This document shows, in pieces, positions 58,432 through 64,000 of a stretch of 64,000 bases of DNA (the stretch's first letter is position 1; each line of letters begins with the position of its first letter). This DNA is from Bacteroidota bacterium (lineage in GTDB: Bacteria; Bacteroidota; Bacteroidia; Bacteroidales; UBA4417), in assembly GCA_020048595.1 (NCBI GenBank), contig JAIFMH010000086.1, forward strand, positions 17,277-81,276, given 5' to 3'. The position numbers and the translations under genes are program-made. The notes under the pieces are model-generated. The model was not told the origin of the DNA. It did not search any database and saw only the letters and a list, made by a program, of their open reading frames with translations.

Positions 58432-58535
58432 AAGCCCTGAATATGGCTGAATAAAATCCAGCATAAATGAAGAATTTACTGAATTCGGAGTCAAAGTGGT
58501 GATGGGAATTGGCAGAAGATGTGGTCACAAAAAGG

Positions 58536-61118
58536 TTAACATTTTACTAATTCATTAAATGACCTTTTATATTCCTCATTATACAAGAGATGATATTCCT
58601 TTATAAATTTTTCGTAAGTCAGCTTTGCAAGGCTATGCTTTCCTAGGCAATATTCAGCCCTGCATTTCAGAATCATAGCTTCTTCATTACTTCGGTCGAA
58701 ATTAAAAATACAGTCCGCCAAATGAACTATGAATTCAGCTTCAGTTTTTAAATCGCATTTTTCAGCAAAAACCACAAGGGTATCAACAATTTTATCGGAA
58801 ACATCTGACTTGAAATCATCCAGCCATTCGTACCCGCAGTTCATTAAAAAGGCTCCTTTCCCGGTTATTTCTATTAATCTGCTGACATTTTGTTTGGTGA
58901 GATTTGATTTAGAACTTGTAACCTGTAAAAATTCAGCATAATCACATTTAACGTCCTTGTTGCTGTATATAATTTTCCAATACCCGGTATTTTTTGTCAA
59001 TTCAATGGCCCCGATTTCAGCCAGTATTGCTTTGAGTTTTGCAATATTCACGGCCCTGTTGTTTCGTGCACTTAATTCTGATTTATCGAACCACAGATAT
59101 TCTGATAATTTTTCTGAAGATATTCCTTTGTTATTTTTGTGCGTGTAAAGTAGAATGAGTAGAAAAAGTTCTTTTAAAAGAGGTGAGAACTTATTTGTAA
59201 TATCCTCTTTATGCTGGCTAAGAACCTGAAATCCACCGAATAGAACCATCTGATATTTTGGCTTTTCATTTTGTAGCATAGAAACAGATTCTTCAAATTC
59301 TTTATCATTGGCCAATTCATTTGCGGTGACTGCTTCTGATGATTTCCTTTTAGCGTTTCTTTTCCGAATCATAAACCAGGTTAAAAATCCAGATAAAATC
59401 ACCAATGCAATCGAAAGATAGATGAACGATAAATTCTTTTTTGTTTTAACAATCGAGAGATTGCTGTCGGATTTATTTGGCGGATAATCTATCGAATAGA
59501 TACCAACCTGCGTAGACGAAGTGTCTTTTGCAAAGGAAGTATAGGCAAAAAGTTTGTTTTGAAAAGCAAAATAAAACAGACCTGCATTCGATTTGATATC
59601 CGTAAACTTAAAAGGGATCGTATTTCCAACGACATCAACTTTAGGATTGTCAATATTTCCCTTAATCAGTTGTAAAGTTCCTTCAAACTTCATTTTTTCA
59701 AATACCAATGCGTAAAAATCCCGATTTTTCTTATCGATCCACATGTTGTTGACTACACACATATCATCAATCAATCGGGGAATTTCAAATTTTTTGAATA
59801 ATGTCTGATTTTTAATGGAATATCCCATTAAATCGAAATAACTATGTGGATTAACCATCTGACTTCCAGACAAACTACCATAACCCCCTAAAAGATAAAG
59901 TGTATCATTCAAAGAACCAAGACCTGCCAAATACCTGGGCGGGAAAATATTTTTGTTTGAAGGTAATACCTGCCATTCATTTCTCGTTAAATCAAGCTTT
60001 CTTATTTCATTATTGTAGGTATGCATGCCATAACCGCCGAATATGTATATTGAATTCTCCGCAGGATTAAAATAGCTGTTATGATGCCTGGACTTTGTTT
60101 CTGATTTAGTAGAAATGCCAATTTCATTCCATTCGTCCGTCAATATATCAAGACAAAACAATAGTTTACCATCTATCTCGTAACAGTATATTTTTTTATC
60201 CAGGCTATTAAATATGGCTTTAAAATCATTGCTTATTATAAAATTTGGTTTATTCCGGTATTTTACTGTTCGAACATTATCTTCCTGAGCCGAATAAACA
60301 GACAATTCTTTATTTCCGACCAGAAATATTTTACCATTTTCGGTGTCAGGAGCAATCAATACAATTCCTTCAATTTCATTTTGATATTTGGATTCCCATG
60401 CCTGATGATTGTTCTTTAACCACGAAGGATTTTTAACACTGGCCACTTTCTTGCTTAAGCTATTTCCCGCTATGTTACCCTTAACTTCATCCAACGGCCA
60501 ATGATATTCTAATTTTCCCTTTTCAGAAATCCGTATCTCCTTAATACTCATTAAGGGAACATCTGATGATTTAAAATTTTCATAATCATTCGCTCCAAAT
60601 ATGATCTTAAAGTAATCATTATTTTTAAATCCGATGTTTTCCTGAACGTAAAAAGTATCAGGTGTATAAAAAATTAAACGATCTTCACTCAATAAAAACT
60701 TAACACGTAAATTAATCCAACTATCAATAGCGTTATAGGGTGAACCAACCTTAATAATAGAATTGTTTTTCCCAATGACCAGGTTTAAAAATATTGTAGG
60801 TGTAGGTGTTATTATAAGATCAACATTGTTATTCTCTTTGGAAATAACTCTAAAAACATAACCAAATAACCCTGAATAATCGTTTGGTTTTAAAAGATCA
60901 ATTCTATAGTCAAACGAAATTTCAAATTCGTCACGAAAATTTAATAATTGATCAGGAGATAAATCTAATTCTGTTCTTTTATCCAGAACAACATCGTGGC
61001 TTTGAAATTTTAACCCATAAGTTTGAGAGAAAGCTGCATCATTTATAATGATAAAAACAAAAAGTAATATAAGCCGAAAAATAGGAGCAGATCTGCTTGA
61101 TTTTAATGTAGCTATCAT
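58536..61118 (-). CDS. Membrane-spanning one-component regulator candidate: exported LamG-like and Kelch-like sensor, one TM helix, cytoplasmic SARP-type winged helix and BTAD-like domain
   Basis: 860 aa. A signal/anchor spans aa 12-30. Residues about 33-200 look like a jelly-roll (LamG-like). Residues about 250-540 carry Kelch-like repeats (IYIFGGYG, LYLLGGYG). The TM helix is aa 563-584 (LSFIYLSIALVILSGFLTWFMI), followed by RKRNAKRK (positive-inside). Residues 622-705, YQMVLFGGFQVLSQHKEDITNKFSPLLKELFLLILLY..GISSEKLSEYLWFD..ARNNRAVNIAKLKAIL, match the SARP/OmpR-type wHTH pattern. Residues 710-860 are helical and BTAD-like (..GAFLMNCGYEWLDDF..). Confidence 0.6.
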   Translation of the reverse strand: MIATLKSSRSAPIFRLILLFVFIIINDAAFSQTYGLKFQSHDVVLDKRTELDLSPDQLLNFRDEFEISFDYRIDLLKPNDYSGLFGYVFRVISKENNNVDLIITPTPTIFLNLVIGKNNSIIKVGSPYNAIDSWINLRVKFLLSEDRLIFYTPDTFYVQENIGFKNNDYFKIIFGANDYENFKSSDVPLMSIKEIRISEKGKLEYHWPLDEVKGNIAGNSLSKKVASVKNPSWLKNNHQAWESKYQNEIEGIVLIAPDTENGKIFLVGNKELSVYSAQEDNVRTVKYRNKPNFIISNDFKAIFNSLDKKIYCYEIDGKLLFCLDILTDEWNEIGISTKSETKSRHHNSYFNPAENSIYIFGGYGMHTYNNEIRKLDLTRNEWQVLPSNKNIFPPRYLAGLGSLNDTLYLLGGYGSLSGSQMVNPHSYFDLMGYSIKNQTLFKKFEIPRLIDDMCVVNNMWIDKKNRDFYALVFEKMKFEGTLQLIKGNIDNPKVDVVGNTIPFKFTDIKSNAGLFYFAFQNKLFAYTSFAKDTSSTQVGIYSIDYPPNKSDSNLSIVKTKKNLSFIYLSIALVILSGFLTWFMIRKRNAKRKSSEAVTANELANDKEFEESVSMLQNEKPKYQMVLFGGFQVLSQHKEDITNKFSPLLKELFLLILLYTHKNNKGISSEKLSEYLWFDKSELSARNNRAVNIAKLKAILAEIGAIELTKNTGYWKIIYSNKDVKCDYAEFLQVTSSKSNLTKQNVSRLIEITGKGAFLMNCGYEWLDDFKSDVSDKIVDTLVVFAEKCDLKTEAEFIVHLADCIFNFDRSNEEAMILKCRAEYCLGKHSLAKLTYEKFIKEYHLLYNEEYKRSFNELVKC

Positions 61119-61150
61119 CTATTAGTCCTGGATAAATATATTTTTTAGAG

Positions 61151-61177
61151 AGTCTAAATATAGTCTAAAAATCTAAT
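61151..61177 (-). promoter_or_regulatory. Direct repeats AGTCTAAA x2 (11-bp spacing) plus a partial third copy, 33-59 bp upstream of the regulator ATG
   Basis: On the plus strand, AGTCTAAA occurs at 61151-58 and 61162-69, and ATCTAAT at 61171-77. In gene orientation this reads TTAGAT..TTTAGACT..TTTAGACT. Two TATATTTA boxes, close to the Bacteroidota -7 consensus TAnnTTTG, lie in or just downstream of the repeats. Confidence 0.3.
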
Positions 61178-61230
61178 TTGATTTTCGCTGAATTGAAAAT
61201 CTTCGATTGAATGCAAAAAAACCGACTTTA

Positions 61231-61425
61231 TTTTACAGTCCGGATCATCGGCTATCAACTCCACAAACTCTCCGGAACTTAGCCCCGGTATTTTAGAGGT
61301 TGGCACAGCAGATGCCAATTGTTCGGAGCGGCTGATGGAAGTATCAGAAGTATTAACGGAAAGGCACGACCTATCAGCTTGCGGAAAGGAGAACTGAAAA
61401 CATATTGGAAGAAAAGCTTGTATAG
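61231..61425 (-). pseudogene. Relic fragment of a conjugative coupling-protein (TraG/VirD4-like) gene 3' region
   Basis: 61231-61365 aligns without gaps to 63174-63308 inside the coupling-protein gene, with about 83% identity by my manual count (about 23 mismatches in 135). In protein terms, LSVNTSDTSISRSEQLASAVPTSKIPGLSSGEFVELIADDPDCKI matches LSINSVDTSISRSKQLESAVPPSKISGLSSGEFVGMVADDPDCKI. The tracked ORF 61154..61492 is a chance composite around this relic. Confidence 0.75.
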
Positions 61426-61510
61426 CAAACGCTGACAGTAATAGAACACAAACATCATTGTATATCAACAAATTACGAAAAAAAAACAACAAATTTTTCT
61501 GTATTTATCA

Positions 61511-61585
61511 ATCGGATAGGAGAAACGGGATTAGTTCCCGTTTCGTCCTTCCACACTACCATGCATACCGTTCGGCACACGGCGG
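61511..61585 (-). ncRNA. Group II intron domain V (61585-61556), 3-nt linker, and domain VI (61552-61514) with bulged branch-point A; 3' end ..GAU at 61511
   Basis: Domain V candidate: CCGCCGUGUGCCGAACGGUAUGCAUGGUAG. It folds into a 9-position lower helix with one mismatch, a CGC triad position, a 2-nt 3'-strand bulge (AU), a 3-bp upper helix and a GAAC loop. Domain VI: GGAAGGAC-GAAACGGGA-ACUAA-UCCCGUUUC-UCCU[A]UCC-GAU. It has a 9-bp perfect inner stem, and the bulged A is the 7th nucleotide from the 3' end. Confidence 0.6.
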
Positions 61586-61589
61586 TTCC

Positions 61590-62098
61590 TTAATTTACGC
61601 CATTCACTTTCCGATAATACTCCGTGAAGAAAATGTATCCTGCTTGCTGAAGACGGTCGTTGGTGATTGATCTTGTTAGAATTGGGCTATTGGTAATGCG
61701 TCAATAGCCTTTCCTGGTATTCGCATATTCCCATGCCTTTTATTTTGCAATACCAAGCTTTATGAGATTTCGTAATCGGGTTCGTATCCGTTTCCATTGT
61801 TTCCAAATTACCATCCGTAACCGTCTGCGAAACCATTCATCTAACTGCAGTAAAAGTTGCTTCATATCTGCCAACTTAAAATAATTCACACAACCAGTGA
61901 TATACTGTTTTAGTTTTTCTTTTCTACTGGCATCTCCCCAGACGTTGCTCTTTGATGTAACTCTTTTATTCGATCTTTAATCTTGGATACGCTTTACGGA
62001 TGTATCCGTAACCGCCCACCTTTCCCATTTTCATAGAAAGAGTATCTCAAAAATTTAATATTTCGGAAGCTTATGCGGCCATGGAAGCGATATGACTT
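61590..62098 (-). pseudogene. Group II intron reverse transcriptase/maturase, C-terminal part, inactivated
   Basis: My translation reads ..NIKFLRYSFYENGKGGRLRIHP*SVSKIKDRIKE(frameshift)TSKSNVWGDASRKEKLKQYITGCVNYFKLADMKQLLLQLDEWFRRRLRMVIWKQWKRIRTRLRNLIKLGIAK*KAWEYANTRKGY*RITNSPILTRSITNDRLQQAGYIFFTEYYRKVNGVN*. It has three premature stops and one frameshift. Confidence 0.75.
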
Positions 62099-62196
62099 TT
62101 GAAGAAACCACTTCCTTGTACCACGAAATCATTCATAACTAAGACACCGATTCTTCGAAAATTCAGTTCTCGAAAGAGAACCTCTTCTATAAAAAA

Positions 62197-62886
62197 ATGA
62201 TGGAACTAACTGAAGTCGGGCTTCAGAAATGCGGCGATCAGTTTCTGGTTGGTTATCCGGATTTGCATCCCGGGTTGGATTGCGCATTGGCATGGCGCGG
62301 AACCAATGATTTGTGCATGGACCTGATGCTCGACCGTGAAAACGCGCAGAAACTCTTCAACCTGGCCAGCGAACATTTCCTTGATGTGTATGACGATTTC
62401 CATAACGTTTTGAGTGCTGCGGGTCAGCCTTCCTGTACATGGATGAATCTTCCAATTCCCAATGGCCGAATGCACATTCCAAGCGCCGATTTTTCGTTTC
62501 TGATTTCGCCGGATGATTACATTGAATTTGGCTTGCCCGGCCTGAAAGAAGAGGTAAAAACAATGACTCAAAACATTTTTCATGTGGATGGAAAAGGCGT
62601 GACCAACCATATTTACGCGATACTTAGCGTTCCTGACGTGCAATGCATTCAGTGGGTGCAGGGCATGGCCGACGATTACCCGATAATGCAACATCTGGAT
62701 TTCATCCGATACGTTCAGTCGCGGAACCAGGGAATTATTGTTGATTTGGCGAAAGAAGACCTGGATGAATACATGGAAAAAATGTCGCCCAAAAACAACT
62801 TTTTATGGATTGCCACCGAAAGCGAAGAAGAGGAATTTGCGATCATGAAAAAAGTAGAAAAATGGAGCCGGAAAACTATGATTTGA
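62197..62886 (+). CDS. Hypothetical protein, possibly the C-terminal two-thirds of a uroporphyrinogen-decarboxylase (URO-D)-fold protein; probably 5'-truncated
   Basis: This 229-aa ORF is the only plus-strand ORF not nested in a minus-strand gene. The pattern ..NIFHVDGKGVTNHIYAILSVPDVQCIQWVQG.. resembles the URO-D/MtaA-like C-terminal barrel. An in-frame stop lies just upstream and the upstream DNA is intron debris, so the N-terminus seems to be missing. Confidence 0.3.
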   Translation: MMELTEVGLQKCGDQFLVGYPDLHPGLDCALAWRGTNDLCMDLMLDRENAQKLFNLASEHFLDVYDDFHNVLSAAGQPSCTWMNLPIPNGRMHIPSADFSFLISPDDYIEFGLPGLKEEVKTMTQNIFHVDGKGVTNHIYAILSVPDVQCIQWVQGMADDYPIMQHLDFIRYVQSRNQGIIVDLAKEDLDEYMEKMSPKNNFLWIATESEEEEFAIMKKVEKWSRKTMI

Positions 62887-62949
62887 TATTTAACAAAGGG
62901 ATAGCTTCAACAAATAAGTCTATTCATGAAATATGGCTTTTATCTTCAC

Positions 62950-64000
62950 CTATCCCTTCCTTACAACCAAATGACTCAGCCCCGGATCATTCAGCAATCG
63001 TTCCATTTCTGATTGGATAATGTCCTGTACATCCTGTTTTATCTGGAGATAGTTGTGTTGCACCATCGTATTGTCCAGTTTGCGAATGACTTGGATATCC
63101 TTGTAACTATCCTGTTCTTTCTTCAGTGCTGCATGGTCGTTCAATATCTCGCAATGGAATGTTTTCAGGTCAATTTTACAGTCCGGATCATCAGCCACCA
63201 TACCTACAAACTCCCCGGAACTTAGTCCTGATATTTTAGAAGGTGGCACAGCTGATTCCAATTGTTTGGAGCGGCTGATGGAAGTATCGACGCTGTTAAT
63301 GGAAAGGCTTTCCCGGTCCTGCATAATCTTTCCGAAACGCTCGGATAATTGTTTGGCTGTTTCTCCGTTTACCTGACCGCTAACGATGTTGCCGGTAATG
63401 TTCATGATCACATCAGCCTGTTCCCGGCCATAATCTTTGCGAAGCTGACTAAAGTCCTGAATACCCAGACAGGTTGCCACCCTGTTGCTTCTTGCCGTGG
63501 CAATCAAGCTATCCATATTATTCAGATAAATAGTGGGGAATTCATCAAAAATAAGACTGCTCTTTTGTTTGCCTTTCTTGTTCACCAGCTTCACCAGACG
63601 GGTCACATACAATGATAAAACGGCACCGTAAATTTGGATCTTCTGCGGATTATTCCCCATACAAACAATCTTTGGCTCATCAGGATTATTGATGTCCAGC
63701 GTAAAGTCGTTCCCCGATAAAACGTAGTACAATTGCGGTGATGAAAGCCTGGCCATGGCCACTTTGGCGGAAGCAATCTGGCCTTCCAGTTGCTCCATCA
63801 CATCATTAAGGTAAGCGTTCACAAAAGGATTGATCAGTACCTCAATTTCCTTCTCCGTTCGGAGCAAAGTAAACAGGCTGTCATAGTCCACCTGCATTAG
63901 CTCAATGACGTGGGGCAGGGTGCAAAATTCACCATCCTTATACTTTTTTAAATACCAGATTACAGCCGTTAAAAAATTGATTGGCGACTCAACAAAGAAA
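62950..64000 (-). CDS. traG: Conjugative type IV coupling protein (TraG/VirD4/TraD-like; Bacteroides CTn TraG / MobC type), N-terminus beyond the window
   Basis: The frame stays open upstream of the tracked Met to position 63999 (..FFVESPINFLTAVIWYLKKYKDGEFCTLPHVIELMQVDY..). The body has ..SSLIFDEFPTIYL.. (Walker-B-like), ..ATARSNRVATCLGIQDFSQLRKDYG.. and ..NIVSGQV.., typical of T4CP C-terminal halves. Confidence 0.75.
   Translation of the reverse strand, partial: FFVESPINFLTAVIWYLKKYKDGEFCTLPHVIELMQVDYDSLFTLLRTEKEIEVLINPFVNAYLNDVMEQLEGQIASAKVAMARLSSPQLYYVLSGNDFTLDINNPDEPKIVCMGNNPQKIQIYGAVLSLYVTRLVKLVNKKGKQKSSLIFDEFPTIYLNNMDSLIATARSNRVATCLGIQDFSQLRKDYGREQADVIMNITGNIVSGQVNGETAKQLSERFGKIMQDRESLSINSVDTSISRSKQLESAVPPSKISGLSSGEFVGMVADDPDCKIDLKTFHCEILNDHAALKKEQDSYKDIQVIRKLDNTMVQHNYLQIKQDVQDIIQSEMERLLNDPGLSHLVVRKG

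Larger units (their letters stand above)
61511..62130 (-). mobile_element. Group II intron remnant (3' part only: decayed maturase ORF, domain V and domain VI)
   Basis: The minus-strand translation gives a typical intron-encoded-protein C-terminus, followed by RNA domains V and VI and a terminal ..GAU. No RT domains 1-6 or 5' intron sequence is present upstream. Similarity fades near 62100-62130. Confidence 0.75.

Noticed and set aside
58336-58535. A search for Bacteroidota promoter elements (-33 TTTG / -7 TAnnTTTG) upstream of the main transcription-unit heads (58336-58535, 12213-12409).
   Set aside because: I found only partial matches (for example TAAATTCT and TAGCTTTT). None had correct spacing and full consensus, so no promoter feature is called there.
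61154-61492. A 112-aa minus-strand ORF that could be read as a small gene upstream of the regulator.
   Set aside because: Its middle is the diverged relic of the coupling-protein C-terminus, and its ends are unrelated AT-rich sequence. It is most simply a chance ORF across a pseudogene fragment.
61521-61549. A perfect 9-bp hairpin (GAAACGGGA / TCCCGTTTC), first considered as a rho-independent terminator or regulatory hairpin.
   Set aside because: There is no U-tract on either strand. It fits much better as the inner stem of group II intron domain VI, given the flanking bulged A, the 3-nt linker, the preceding domain V-like hairpin and the maturase remnant.
1-64000. A scan for CRISPR arrays, tRNA/rRNA genes, toxin-antitoxin or defence-island-type gene pairs.
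   Set aside because: I saw no regularly spaced direct repeats, no cloverleaf-compatible or rRNA-like segments, and no small paired ORFs outside the mobile-element debris. The window is essentially saturated by the PUL genes.

Overview
This window looks like a low-GC Bacteroidota chromosome segment. Positions 1-61118 form one very large polysaccharide utilization locus (PUL), with every gene on the minus strand and mostly short intergenic gaps. It encodes two tandem SusC/SusD pairs and a DUF1735-like surface lipoprotein. It also encodes 14 Cys-type (C-x-P/A-x-R) formylglycine sulfatases; one carries a T9SS C-terminal sorting domain and several have lipoprotein signals. The glycosidases are mannan- and uronate-oriented: GH38, a GH92-like enzyme, a GH99-like TIM-barrel candidate, a GH115-like candidate, a GH88/GH105-like hydrolase and a beta-helix protein. 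A type I mannose-6-P isomerase and a hexuronate-type MFS permease are present. There is also an unusual group of exported (Tat or Sec signal) non-GH enzymes: a ManD-like enolase-superfamily protein, an aldo/keto reductase, a Gfo/Idh/MocA oxidoreductase, a xylose-isomerase-like TIM barrel and two metallophosphoesterases. An apparently intact IS982-family element (12410-13466) sits between the sulfatase block and the promoter-proximal side of the first SusC. No HTCS, SusR, AraC/GntR or ECF sigma/anti-sigma gene is present. The only regulator candidate is an 860-aa membrane protein at the head of the locus, with an exported LamG-like plus Kelch-like N-terminus, one TM helix and a cytoplasmic SARP/BTAD-like winged-helix C-terminus. 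I consider this the most novel element. The right end (61.1-64 kb) holds mobile-DNA relics: a roughly 135-bp diverged copy of the 3' end of a conjugative coupling-protein gene, a 5'-truncated group II intron (decayed maturase ORF, recognisable domains V and VI), a probably 5'-truncated plus-strand ORF, and a TraG/VirD4-like coupling protein gene running off the window. I saw no rRNA, tRNA or CRISPR array. All family assignments come from reading the translations by eye; no database search was run.
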